Shown here: in pieces, positions 38,871 through 49,038 of the stretch
How the letters are laid out: every line of letters starts with the position of its first letter
Numbering within the stretch: the stretch's first letter is position 1
Origin: an uncultured Candidatus Saccharibacteria bacterium
GTDB taxonomy: Bacteria; Patescibacteriota; Minisyncoccia; Phycocordibacterales; UBA918
Length of the DNA stretch: 64,000 nucleotides
NCBI GenBank assembly: GCA_964350735.1
Contig: CAYGKO010000004.1
Coordinates: 83,583 to 147,582 of the forward strand
Reading direction: 5' to 3'
Program-made: the position numbers and the translations under genes
Notes under the pieces: generated by a model
What the model saw: the letters and a program-made list of their open reading frames with translations, nothing else
What the model was told of the DNA's origin: nothing
Databases searched by the model: none

Positions 38871-39116
38871 ATGGCAACAAACGTTCAAGTAGAAAAGAAC
38901 CAAAACGAAAGCAGTGCTAACGTTATTCGTCGCTTCACCAAGCGCATGCAAAACGCCGGGATCGTCCGACGGATGCGAGATAACCGGTACTACGCTCGTA
39001 TGAAGAGTTCTAATGTCCGCAAGGAAGCTCGGCTAAAGAAGCTAGCTAAAAAAGAAGCTTACGAAAAGGACTACAAAATGGGTAAAGTAATCGAGCGAAA
39101 AGGACGTCGCCGATAG
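38871..39116 (+). CDS. rpsU: 30S ribosomal protein S21
   Basis: ESSANVIRRFTKRMQNAGI..RYY, basic C-terminus. Confidence 0.8.
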   Translation: MATNVQVEKNQNESSANVIRRFTKRMQNAGIVRRMRDNRYYARMKSSNVRKEARLKKLAKKEAYEKDYKMGKVIERKGRRR

Positions 39117-39195
39117 GCTACCTAAAACAAAAGGTCGACACAAAGTGTCGACCTTTTGTTTTATCTCAGAATCTGCGTGATACACTATTTAACGT

Positions 39196-39573
39196 ATGAG
39201 CATCACTATCTCCAAAACCACTAAAACCTACCCCCGCCTTCCCTACAAAGCAATGGCTGACGCTATTTTAGGCAAACGATACGCTGTCTCGCTCGTGTTT
39301 ATCGGTGCCACAAGAGCCAAACAATTAAATGAGACCACTCGTAACAAAACCTACGTCCCCAACGTACTTTCTTTTGAACTCGATACTAAGACTGGAGAAA
39401 TCTACATTGCTCCCACTGTCGCCAAAACTGAAGCGAAAAAATTTGACCTTACCCCGCGCGGCTACGTCGGCTACCTATTCATCCACGGCTGCCTCCACCT
39501 CAAAGGCCTCCCCCATGGCACCAAAATGGATGCTCTCGAAGCGAAGTATCTCAAGCAATTTAAGTTGAAATAG
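39196..39573 (+). CDS. ybeY: rRNA maturation RNase YbeY
   Basis: PNVLSF, GEIYI, IHGCLHLKGLPH (H3xH5xH). Confidence 0.9.
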   Translation: MSITISKTTKTYPRLPYKAMADAILGKRYAVSLVFIGATRAKQLNETTRNKTYVPNVLSFELDTKTGEIYIAPTVAKTEAKKFDLTPRGYVGYLFIHGCLHLKGLPHGTKMDALEAKYLKQFKLK

Positions 39574-39609
39574 AAACACTTTATAAGAATTAAAAGTAAT
39601 AAAGAAAAA

Positions 39610-40386
39610 ATGGAAAAATACACAGAAGTACTCGATGTCATGCGAAAAACTCGGGAGATAACCCTCCCATCCTGGGGTAACGTTGAAGTTTTAAATCAAA
39701 AGAATACTTCTGCAGCCAGCGCGGTGACAGAAATTGATGAAAAAGTAGAAAAATATCTCGCTACTGAATTTTTGAAAATAATGCCAGAAGTGAGTTATGT
39801 AGGTGAGGAATTTGGAGGTGATCGCACCGCAAAAAAGTTTTGGCTGGTTGACCCCGTTGATGCAACTGGATGCTATATTCACGGACTACCTTACTGCACG
39901 ACTATGGTCTCTTTAATAGAAGACAACCGAGTTGTATTTGGAGCGATTTATGACTTCATTAATGACATTATGTACCATGCGATACTTGGCCACGGTGCTT
40001 TTGCAAATAATGCAACAATACAGGTAAGCGAGCGTGAAGCTGGACAAGCGTATCTATGCTACGAAACAAAAACAGAAAAACCTGAAAACATCAAAAAATA
40101 CGTTACTGTCTCAGACCACTACCCTCTCTTGATACACGTTTCAGCTGGCTACGAATACATACTTGTTGCCACTGGGAAATTAGACGGTCGCATTGCCCAC
40201 GACCCGTATGGAACTGATTATGATTTTGCTCCCGGCACACTATTAGTATCTGAAGCTGGAGGGGTGGTTACAAACATCGGCTCTAACTCTTACAGCTACA
40301 GTACCCCTAGCCATATTGCTGCCAATAAATCTGTACATAGCGCACTGACCGAGGGGGAAAAAGCTCTGTTTCCAATAGGCAAATAG
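39610..40386 (+). CDS. Inositol monophosphatase family protein
   Basis: GEE, WLVDPVDAT, YDFAPG..LVSEAGG. Confidence 0.88.
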   Translation: MEKYTEVLDVMRKTREITLPSWGNVEVLNQKNTSAASAVTEIDEKVEKYLATEFLKIMPEVSYVGEEFGGDRTAKKFWLVDPVDATGCYIHGLPYCTTMVSLIEDNRVVFGAIYDFINDIMYHAILGHGAFANNATIQVSEREAGQAYLCYETKTEKPENIKKYVTVSDHYPLLIHVSAGYEYILVATGKLDGRIAHDPYGTDYDFAPGTLLVSEAGGVVTNIGSNSYSYSTPSHIAANKSVHSALTEGEKALFPIGK

Positions 40387-40502
40387 TCTTACGCTATGGA
40401 CCTCTTCCTGAAAGCGCACCAGTATTTCAGAAACGCTTACTTAAACCAAAGTAATCCGTTACCCACAGCCAACCTAAAGCGCTCTAATGCTATAATCACC
40501 CT

Positions 40503-41672
40503 ATGTCTGAGCGGATTATTGCGGGTATTGATATCGGCACCTACCAAGTGAAGGTAGTAGTGGTTTCCTATAACCGCAAGAAGAACGAACGCTCACTCCC
40601 CCAGATTATTGGTACTGGCTACGCCGAAAGTCGCGGCCTACGCAATGGCTACATCATTAATGAGTCAGATGTTGTACGCAGCGTACGCAGCGCTGTCATA
40701 CAGGCTGAGAAGGCCTCAGGAGCTGAAATAAAGCGTGCCTACGTCTCTATTAGTAGCGTTGGCCTCGATGAAGTATTCAGTCATGGTGAAGTAATCACTA
40801 CCCGAGCTGACTCAGAAATCATTCAGGCTGACCTTGATAAAGCTATGCAAGACAGCGAGGAGCGAATCATGGAGTACATTCCAAATCGAAAGATCCTGCA
40901 CGCCATCCCGCTTCATCACACTATCGATGGTGAACGTGTACTGGGTCGTCCGCACGGTATGAAAGGCACCAAACTTGAAGTGGAATCAATGTTTGTCACT
41001 ACGTTTGAACAACACCTGCAAGATCTGGTTGGAGCCATTGAGAGTATTGGTATCACCGTCGAAGATGTGATGGCAGGACCACTGGCTGCTAGTTTTGTCA
41101 TGCTCACTAAAGCCCAGAAGCGAGCCGGCTGTGTCCTGGCGAATATCGGTGCTGAAACTGTCTCGATTGCAGTCTTTGAAAACAGCACTCCAATCTCACT
41201 CAAGATCTTCCCCATTGGTTCAAATGACATCACTAACGACATCGCCTTGGGTCTCAAAATTCCACTCGAAGAAGCTGAGAAAATTAAACGTGGCGGGATG
41301 AGTAATGCCAACTACTCAAAACGCAAATTAGATGAAATTATTGCCGCTCGACTCTCGGATATCTTTGAGCTGATCGATGTACATTTGAAAAAAATTAAAC
41401 GAGATGGACTACTCCCAGCCGGAATTATTATTACTGGTGGAGGATCAGGAATTGCCACTATCCAAGATTTAGCTCGGGCTAGTTTGCGACTTCCTTCACG
41501 TATTGCCACCCTTGATGCCGGTCAAAACGGCAAGATCAGAGATGCTTCTTGGGCTGTTGCCTACGGACTCTGTATGTGGGGCGCTAGTGACGATGAGGAA
41601 GAAACCAGCCTTGGTATGGCTAAAAAAGCTCAGAGCTCAATCATTGAATGGTTCAAACAATTTTTACCGTAG
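40503..41672 (+). CDS. ftsA: Cell division protein FtsA
   Basis: GIDIGT, NIGAET, AEKIK, TGGGS, C-terminal amphipathic helix; upstream of ftsZ. Confidence 0.95.
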   Translation: MSERIIAGIDIGTYQVKVVVVSYNRKKNERSLPQIIGTGYAESRGLRNGYIINESDVVRSVRSAVIQAEKASGAEIKRAYVSISSVGLDEVFSHGEVITTRADSEIIQADLDKAMQDSEERIMEYIPNRKILHAIPLHHTIDGERVLGRPHGMKGTKLEVESMFVTTFEQHLQDLVGAIESIGITVEDVMAGPLAASFVMLTKAQKRAGCVLANIGAETVSIAVFENSTPISLKIFPIGSNDITNDIALGLKIPLEEAEKIKRGGMSNANYSKRKLDEIIAARLSDIFELIDVHLKKIKRDGLLPAGIIITGGGSGIATIQDLARASLRLPSRIATLDAGQNGKIRDASWAVAYGLCMWGASDDEEETSLGMAKKAQSSIIEWFKQFLP

Positions 41673-41866
41673 TTTTAAATACTCTTTAAAATATAGCTAT
41701 TTTTTGTGGTGTTTTAGTAATCCGTCAAACACACGCTACCGAAATATGTCAAGATGGTGACAGCTAAAACATACCCCTGTATTATATTGCTCAAGAACTG
41801 AGATTTGCTGCTCCGGCTACGTATCAGCAATCTCGGGAGGTATTAATAACATTTGGGATTCTTTAT

Positions 41867-43105
41867 ATGGAACAGATCAAATCAGACGTCGAATCATTTG
41901 CTCGGATTCGAGTAGTGGGTGTTGGAGGTTCAGGAAACAACGCCGTCAATCACATGCTTGCTTCAAAAATCAAGGGGGTGGAGTTTGTAGCTATTAACAG
42001 TGATGCGCAAGATCTGCACAACTCACTTGCTAAGAAAAAAATCCACATTGGTAAGAACCTTACTCGGGGTCTTGGAGCTGGTGGAAATCCTGATATGGGT
42101 CGCCGCGCAGCTGAAGAAACACGGGAGGAGATTGCCAATTCTATTAAGGGTTCAGACATGCTGTTCATCACCTGCGGTATGGGTGGTGGAACTGGTACTG
42201 GAGCCGCCCCGGTCACTGCCAAGATCGCTCGCGAAACAGGTGCGCTCACAGTTGGTGTAGTTACCAAACCTTTCTTGTTTGAAGGGCAAGAGCGAATGCG
42301 AATGGCCTTGCAAGGAATCGAAGAACTTAAGAAGGAAGTTGATGCACTTATCATCATCCCAAATGATCGTCTGCTTGCTATCGTGGACAAAGAAACTACG
42401 GTGAAGAATGCTTTTGCAATGTGTGACGATATCCTGAAGCAGGCAGTAGAAGGCATCTCTGACCTGATCACTATGCCAGGAATCATCAACGTTGACTTCG
42501 CTGACATCCGTAGTGTTATGGAAAACGCCGGATCAGCACTGATGGGTATCGGTGAATCAACTGGCGAAAAGCGTGCTGAAGAAGCCGCCAAATCTGCCAT
42601 CAACTCTCCCCTCCTTGAAGTATCTATTACCGGAGCAAAGGGCGTCCTCTTCGCTATCGCCGGTGGCGATGATCTAGGAATGCTCGAAATCCAAGATGCT
42701 GCCCGAGTGATTACTGAGTCAATCGATCCCCACGCTAAAGTTATCTTCGGAACCATTAAGGACGATAAAATCAAGAAAAATGAGCTGAAGGTCACCGTGA
42801 TCGCCACTGGTTTCCCTGAAATAAATGGCGCTGACCAAGGTGGCAACACTGTGGTACGAGCAGCTGCTCGCGATGCTGGCACCTCAAACGAAACGGAAAC
42901 TCAAGGCCGAGGCCGAATCTTCAACTCACTTAGCACACCAAAACGTGAAGAACCAGAAGAGCAACCCGTTAGTACTCCTGAATCAGCAACTCCAAAACGT
43001 GAAGAACCAAAATCAGAACCCCGACCAGTCGACCCAATCGACGAAGAGGATGATGAGGACTGGGGAGCTGTGCCAGCTTTCCTCCGAAGGAGTAAGCTGA
43101 AATAG
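41867..43105 (+). CDS. ftsZ: Cell division protein FtsZ
   Basis: GMGGGTGTG tubulin motif, INVDFAD, C-terminal VPAFLRR. Confidence 0.98.
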   Translation: MEQIKSDVESFARIRVVGVGGSGNNAVNHMLASKIKGVEFVAINSDAQDLHNSLAKKKIHIGKNLTRGLGAGGNPDMGRRAAEETREEIANSIKGSDMLFITCGMGGGTGTGAAPVTAKIARETGALTVGVVTKPFLFEGQERMRMALQGIEELKKEVDALIIIPNDRLLAIVDKETTVKNAFAMCDDILKQAVEGISDLITMPGIINVDFADIRSVMENAGSALMGIGESTGEKRAEEAAKSAINSPLLEVSITGAKGVLFAIAGGDDLGMLEIQDAARVITESIDPHAKVIFGTIKDDKIKKNELKVTVIATGFPEINGADQGGNTVVRAAARDAGTSNETETQGRGRIFNSLSTPKREEPEEQPVSTPESATPKREEPKSEPRPVDPIDEEDDEDWGAVPAFLRRSKLK

Positions 43106-43119
43106 CTCACCAGTCCGTA

Positions 43120-43385
43120 GGAATGGGGCTGAGAAGTGTTACTACACTTCTCAGAAGGTTGCCTAGTATTTTGAACTTGTGAAAAATACTGACAACCTAT
43201 ACAGCTTCTGTAAGAAGCAGTGCCTGCGAGGCCGGGGAGGAAGTTCTTACTAGAATTAGAGCGTAGCGAATAATTATAGTTAGAAACTTGACCCCTATTC
43301 CAACCTCTACAGCTTCTGTAAGAAGCAGTGCCTGCGAGCCGGGGCAGCAAGTTCTTATGAGCATAGCGAATTAGAAACTTGCGCC
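43120..43385 (+). repeat. Tandem structured repeat (108-bp period) downstream of ftsZ
   Basis: tacagcttctgtaagaagcagtgcctgcgag identical at 43200-43230 and 43308-43338, each followed by aagttctta..gagc.tagcga..ttagaaactt. Confidence 0.9.
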
Positions 43386-43531
43386 AGTGCCAGCAAAGCT
43401 GAAAATACCTCCACCTGCCCGTATACAAATACGGACAACTGAGTCCAAAATCCGCTCACAGCGGATTTTGTACTTTTAGGCACATATCAGCTACAATTAC
43501 CCGACTTAAATTTAATTTATTCCATCACGAC

Positions 43532-44458
43532 ATGTTTGACCTTATCATTATTGGGGGCGGCCCAGCCGGGATTGCCGGCGGCGTCTACGCTTCACGAAAA
43601 AAACTCAACACCCTTTTTATTACCAAAGAGTGGGGTGGCCAAAGTATCGTCTCGCCTGATATTCAAAACTGGATCGGCAGTCCGTCTATTTCTGGTGACC
43701 AACTGGCGAAGGACCTAGAGAACCACCTCAAAACGTACGCGGGCGACGTTGTCGACATAAAAGACAATGTACTGGTAACTGCGATTGAAAAAATTGCTGA
43801 CAATCATTTCAAAGTCACACTCGATAATGGTGACTCGGCTGAAGCCTCTGCGGTACTGATTGCTAGTGGATCAAAGCGACGTCGATTGGACGTCCCTGGA
43901 GCTGATGACTTCGAACATAAAGGGGTTACCTATTGTGCGACCTGTGACGGCCCTGTATTTGCCGGACAAGACGTAGTGGTAGTTGGAGGTGGTAATGCTG
44001 GTTTTGAGACTGCAGCGCAGCTTCTAGCCTACACCAAGAGCGTTACCCTACTCCACCGAGGTGACTCATTCAAGGCTGATCCCGTCACGGTTGAGAAAGT
44101 CCTCGCTCACGAGAATATGACTGGCGTACTCAATGCTGCAACTAAGTCGGTAGACGGCGACAAATTCGTCAGTGGTCTTACCTATACTGATTCAGTATCC
44201 GGAGAAGATAAGACTATTGCAGCAACCGGGGTCTTTGTAGAAATTGGTATGCTGCCAAATACAGACTTCGCCAAAGATGTCGTCGAGCTTGATGACTATA
44301 ACCGAGTGAAGATTGACCCGTGGACACAACAAACCACTGTATCCGGAGTTTGGTCAGCTGGTGATTGCACTAATATCAAATACCACCAAAACAACATCTC
44401 AGCTGGTGACGCAGTGCGGGCCCTAGAAGATATCTACGTCCACCTTAAAGCTCGCTAA
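43532..44458 (+). CDS. trxB: Thioredoxin reductase / AhpF C-terminal-like FAD disulfide oxidoreductase
   Basis: GGGPAG, GVTYCATCDG, GGGNAG, AGDC. Confidence 0.85.
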   Translation: MFDLIIIGGGPAGIAGGVYASRKKLNTLFITKEWGGQSIVSPDIQNWIGSPSISGDQLAKDLENHLKTYAGDVVDIKDNVLVTAIEKIADNHFKVTLDNGDSAEASAVLIASGSKRRRLDVPGADDFEHKGVTYCATCDGPVFAGQDVVVVGGGNAGFETAAQLLAYTKSVTLLHRGDSFKADPVTVEKVLAHENMTGVLNAATKSVDGDKFVSGLTYTDSVSGEDKTIAATGVFVEIGMLPNTDFAKDVVELDDYNRVKIDPWTQQTTVSGVWSAGDCTNIKYHQNNISAGDAVRALEDIYVHLKAR

Positions 44459-44794
44459 GTAGCATAGTTGACCAAAACTCAGACAAACAAAAAACCGACT
44501 CCTCCCAGTCGGCTTTTTGTTTATTTTCACGCTATACGCACAAAGCACCCGTGAAGGTGCTTCATGCTGTACAACGTAGAGCTTCGGTCTGCATGCCTAT
44601 CGTCCAGTAGCCTCCGGACGTAGTATGAAGATTCACCACCATGCAAACCTAACATAAGGATCTCACACCAGGTCAAACTGTCAACGATATAACCTATCAC
44701 GCAAATACCCTTATTCTTCCACCCTACTGTGTATAACCCTGTGTACAAGTCGGTTCATAAGTCGGTGCAAAACTATGTACACAAGTGATCTTTT

Positions 44795-45514
44795 CTACAA
44801 ACTAAAGAACGTACCGACAAAGTAGGCCAAAACCGCTGCTGTTCCACCCACTAATACTACCTCTGTCAGTGAAGGAATAAATTTTGTCCCAATCACTCGC
44901 CACTTCAAAAGCCCAAGTGCGATTAGTGCTAATAGCGTCCCTGCCGAAGAAATGATAAAAGCTGTCTGCGGGTTTCCTTCGGACTGGAACATAAATGGTA
45001 GTAGTGGAATCGCCCCGAAAATCATAAACGAAATAAACGTCGCTAATCCGGTAAAGACTTCGTTCTCTCCGCGGGGGTCAGACATCTCCTTATCATGTTG
45101 CATGATGAAGTCAGTCCAGTAGTCTTGATTGGTTTTATAGATATCAGCCATTGTGACTGCCTGCTCAGCACTAAAGCCCTTCTCTTGCATAATTCGCACC
45201 GTCTTCTCAACCTCTATCTCTGGTTGAGCCTCCAGCACTTTCACCTCAATCTCGCGCTTGGCGTTATATAAATCTTTCTCTGACCGCACCGACAGAAAGT
45301 TTCCTAACCCCATCGAAGCAGCATCTGCAAACAAGTTTGCTAATCCAAACAACAGTACTATCAAAAATGACATCTGTACCGCCACATCACCCGACATCGC
45401 CGCCCCAGCGAAGCCAGCTACCACCGCAAAGGTAGTCACGATCCCATCAATTCCTCCGTAAATAATCTCCTTAAAGTAGTCAGCAAAGGCTGAATGTGTT
45501 TTTTCGTTTTCCAT
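44795..45514 (-). CDS. VIT1/CCC1 family Fe/Mn transporter
   Basis: IIYGGIDGIVTTFAVVAG, GLANLFADAASMGLGNFLS. Confidence 0.92.
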   Translation of the reverse strand: MENEKTHSAFADYFKEIIYGGIDGIVTTFAVVAGFAGAAMSGDVAVQMSFLIVLLFGLANLFADAASMGLGNFLSVRSEKDLYNAKREIEVKVLEAQPEIEVEKTVRIMQEKGFSAEQAVTMADIYKTNQDYWTDFIMQHDKEMSDPRGENEVFTGLATFISFMIFGAIPLLPFMFQSEGNPQTAFIISSAGTLLALIALGLLKWRVIGTKFIPSLTEVVLVGGTAAVLAYFVGTFFSL

Positions 45515-45558
45515 ATGGTGGCATTGTAGCAGATCTGGCGTTATTTAGGACCTGTCAC

Positions 45559-47355
45559 TTACTCTTCTCTAATTTCAATATGCTTAATCAAACCGTCATT
45601 CACGATGATGTACGCAATACCAATATCATTAGTTCTCGTATCAGACAACGTCACCCCTTCACGGAAGAACGAGAACTTCACCACTCCCGGACGACTTTGC
45701 TCAACTGCATCTATCACCCACTCTAGTGACCTGTAGTCACCGTATAGTGTTCGGAGCACTTCCATGATCTCACCTTGGCCAAGATACACCCCTGAATCTG
45801 CAGCACTGTAGGTTGTGTCTTCGGTGAGTAATTTTTCGACTCCGATCAAATCCCGATTATTGAGATGATCAAAGTACTGCTTAGCTACCGCCAGGGCTTC
45901 AGCTTGCATACTTTGCTTAGCAGCTAGTTCAGCATAAGCTTCATAGGTTGGCTTTAGTTCTGATAACACCCCGAGACAAAGCACTTCATCAGTCTCAAAC
46001 AGCGAACAGGTTTGCCGCAACACACTTTCACTCACCCCTGACAACTGTGCGTACCCCAGCACTCCTTGATAGAACGAGTACCGGAGTTCTGGCTTTAGTC
46101 CGGTTACATAGATTTCTGAGCCTTCCAAATTTTGACCCTGAAACTTACTCATCATAGTAATACCGAGTCCTTTTAAACAAAAGCCGGCGTTTGATTCTGA
46201 GATACCGCTCTCAGTACACGTCGTGACCGCCCCAAAGTAATCTTTGGGATTTTCCCGCAAATAACCAAACGGCGCATATAAGAAACAAGTTGGTTGTTCG
46301 TCGAGCTTGGCTGCCACACAGGTCGATAATGGATCGGCTGGGTCCCAGCCGACTATATCAACTCCAACGTGCTCAGTGTTACCCCAAAACTGCTCCATCC
46401 GAATCCCTTCAAAACAACGATACATATTGTTACTGGTTTCAACCTGACGACAATCAGTCAGTGCCGCATCGACTTCACGTTGATTAGACAGCATAAATAC
46501 ATGTCCAATCCCGTGATAACAACTATCACGCTCTACCATCGGTAATTGTTCACAGATAATATCTGGTGTCGCCATAAACTCTGGCTGATGGAGTGAGAGC
46601 TGCTCTAAGATACCGTGCATGTATCCTCCAGCACAGATGTACTGCACCAACGGATGGTTCACGTGATTTGGATTATTGAATGTCATCGCTTCAGAAAAAC
46701 CATAGAGCTCATACGCCCGATGTCCCAAGTCATGGGCGACATCATGGCAATTCAGGGCCAGCGCTGGGTTGTCTTGGATCGTATCGATGATAGTAAAAAT
46801 AGAATTTGGGTCACCCGGCACAAACAAATCCAATAATTCATCCCGCACCGACGTGAGCCCTGCTGGTGTTTTGTTTAGCTCTGTAACCTCATGCAGATGG
46901 TCAGATACTACAACCGTACCGCGATGTACTGACTTCTTATGATTGTGATATCCAAACGTTCCAGTTTGCTCAAATGTATACTCAAACTCTTTCCCTTTCC
47001 CGTAGTCAGCCAGCGCGTCAAAATCAGCGTGGTCGGTGTGTTCGGGATGAGGATCTGACCCAACCCACATCGGAATCTCAGTTAGGTTTTTGAACGTGAC
47101 CGTACTCCCCACCAAAACTTCGATTCGGGCTGGTACGAATCCTGTCTCAGTGTACAAAATCTCCTGCTGCACAGCTTGCGCTTCGTCGGAATGATCATGA
47201 GCACCATGATCGTGACCATGTTCAGTGTCAGATTGGCCACTGACCTGAAAAGGATTAGGTACATAATCTAAAAGACCATACCCAAGCACCAGCACAAAAA
47301 ACCCAAGCACTACACTCAAGAAAATATTTTGCCGTTTTGTTGTGTGAAAAGCCAT
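45559..47355 (-). CDS. Membrane-anchored His-rich cupredoxin-like + Cys/His-repeat + SnoaL-like fusion protein
   Basis: TM anchor, HGHDHGAHDH, GFVPARIEVLVGSTVTFKN..GTFGYHNH, CH..AH.LGH / CYHGIGH repeats, C-terminal AKQYFDHLNNRDL. Confidence 0.7.
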   Translation of the reverse strand: MAFHTTKRQNIFLSVVLGFFVLVLGYGLLDYVPNPFQVSGQSDTEHGHDHGAHDHSDEAQAVQQEILYTETGFVPARIEVLVGSTVTFKNLTEIPMWVGSDPHPEHTDHADFDALADYGKGKEFEYTFEQTGTFGYHNHKKSVHRGTVVVSDHLHEVTELNKTPAGLTSVRDELLDLFVPGDPNSIFTIIDTIQDNPALALNCHDVAHDLGHRAYELYGFSEAMTFNNPNHVNHPLVQYICAGGYMHGILEQLSLHQPEFMATPDIICEQLPMVERDSCYHGIGHVFMLSNQREVDAALTDCRQVETSNNMYRCFEGIRMEQFWGNTEHVGVDIVGWDPADPLSTCVAAKLDEQPTCFLYAPFGYLRENPKDYFGAVTTCTESGISESNAGFCLKGLGITMMSKFQGQNLEGSEIYVTGLKPELRYSFYQGVLGYAQLSGVSESVLRQTCSLFETDEVLCLGVLSELKPTYEAYAELAAKQSMQAEALAVAKQYFDHLNNRDLIGVEKLLTEDTTYSAADSGVYLGQGEIMEVLRTLYGDYRSLEWVIDAVEQSRPGVVKFSFFREGVTLSDTRTNDIGIAYIIVNDGLIKHIEIREE

Positions 47356-47460
47356 GGTAGATGAGAATAGTTTTAGAATACCGCACTACTGACAATGGTG
47401 ATACGGGCGGACGTTGGAAAACTTGGTTTTAAGTAAAATAATTTCTGGAGATATTTATAC

Positions 47461-47799
47461 TTAATCAGTATGACCATTGCTTTTCCATGATCTCTCAGCA
47501 TTAATCTGTTCCTTAAGACGAAATGCTTCTTCTAAATCTATGTCGTATTTATTCGCGATAGCACAAACAAAAATGAATACATCGACCAACTCTTCCGCAA
47601 CAGATCCTACTTTAGAATTCGGATCTATTTGATGATTTTCATCTTTACGTATTGCCTTAAATAGTTCGCCGACCTCCTCTCCTATCATCAAACTATAGTG
47701 AGAAATGTCAGTCTGTAGACCTCGTTCCTTTTCTATATCAACTATGTACTGCTGGAAATCCTTCAATTCTGGATTCTCATTAAGCTTTGGCTTATTCAT
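47461..47799 (-). CDS. MazG-like nucleotide pyrophosphohydrolase
   Basis: GEEVGELFKAIRK..VAEELVDV. Confidence 0.88.
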   Translation of the reverse strand: MNKPKLNENPELKDFQQYIVDIEKERGLQTDISHYSLMIGEEVGELFKAIRKDENHQIDPNSKVGSVAEELVDVFIFVCAIANKYDIDLEEAFRLKEQINAERSWKSNGHTD

Positions 47800-48141
47800 A
47801 CTTGAGAGTATACAATATCTTTTTTGGAATCTTTCGTTACTTTCAAACGACACGAGGGGTGTAAAAATTTATTTTTACACCCGAGTGAGTACCGAAAGAA
47901 AATTTATTTACATGGGTGGTGCAATATTTGGAGACTTTAATTACCACGAGGGAGAGTAATCTTTCATTACATGAACTGTACACCTTTTGACTATATCGAT
48001 TCGCTACGCTCTCAATCTAGTACAAAAGCTTTTCGATTCCCACGTAAATGTGCCTTTGCACATTTACTCGCAGGATCACAACTATTTTCATAAAGAAAAA
48101 CCCGCCACGAAAGTGGCGGGTTTTTCTTTGAAAATATGTTG

Positions 48142-48213
48142 TGATCCCACGGGGAATCGAACCCCGATTTCCAGGATGAAAACCTGGCGTCCTAACCATT
48201 AGACGATGGGACC
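48142..48213 (-). tRNA. tRNA-Glu(TTC)
   Basis: Reverse complement GGTCCCA..ccagg-TTTTCAT-cctgg..GGTTCGATTCC. Confidence 0.94.
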
Positions 48214-48440
48214 ATTTTTTAATGACCACCAGGAGTATAAAAAGGAAATACTCTTGTGGTGGACCAATAATGTGGTCTGACTTACTCTTTCTTTGCGTTT
48301 GATTACACAACTGTGCGACAGCTCATGCAGTGCGCCATATAGTACCAAAAAAGTATAAAAACACCAGTCTTTTTACATGGAAGAATAATGTCCTAAAGAT
48401 GCTAATATAACATCGACACGCATACGCTCCCTCTCAAGAC

Positions 48441-49004
48441 ATGTCTGAACTCATTCTAGCTGCACTCAATAATCAATTTCTTATCCAAGGTCTTGGCCTC
48501 CTTGGCTTTATTGTAATGGTTGGCTCGTTCCAATGTAACAACCGCAATCACATCCTCTACTTGCATGTACTAGCCCTGAGCGCACTTGGTGCACATCTCG
48601 CTTTAATTGGAGCCTACACCGGAGCCGCCATGATGGCCACGCTGACGATACGAAACCTTATCTTCGCCCAAAAAGATCGTTGGCCCTGGGCGGCCAAACC
48701 GGTGGTGTATTACCTCACCCTGGTTGCTATTTTGATGGTGGGGATTTTCAGTTGGTTTGGCTGGGCGAGTCTGTTTGCTATCGCCGGGTCATTTATCGCC
48801 ACTTATGGCTTCTGGTCGACCGAACCGCGGCGAGTCCGGTTTGTTGTTTTAATTTCAGCCTTGGTTTGGATTCCTTACGGTGTTGTTTTTAAATCGTACC
48901 CAATGCTCTTACTACAACTCTTTATCATTGTCTCAATTCTACTCGCGATCTATCGCTACGATTGGCTGCCCACTCGATCTTTTACTAAGCAAAACCTAGA
49001 GTAG
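48441..49004 (+). CDS. YgjV-family inner membrane protein
   Basis: QGLGLLG..SFQ, HLALIGAYTGA, multi-TM. Confidence 0.75.
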   Translation: MSELILAALNNQFLIQGLGLLGFIVMVGSFQCNNRNHILYLHVLALSALGAHLALIGAYTGAAMMATLTIRNLIFAQKDRWPWAAKPVVYYLTLVAILMVGIFSWFGWASLFAIAGSFIATYGFWSTEPRRVRFVVLISALVWIPYGVVFKSYPMLLLQLFIIVSILLAIYRYDWLPTRSFTKQNLE

Positions 49005-49038
49005 ACCTGATCTTTTATTACGGTGATACACTATAGAC

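Noticed and set aside
43200-43338. CRISPR array
   Set aside because: Two copies only, and the sequences following each repeat are homologous rather than unique spacers
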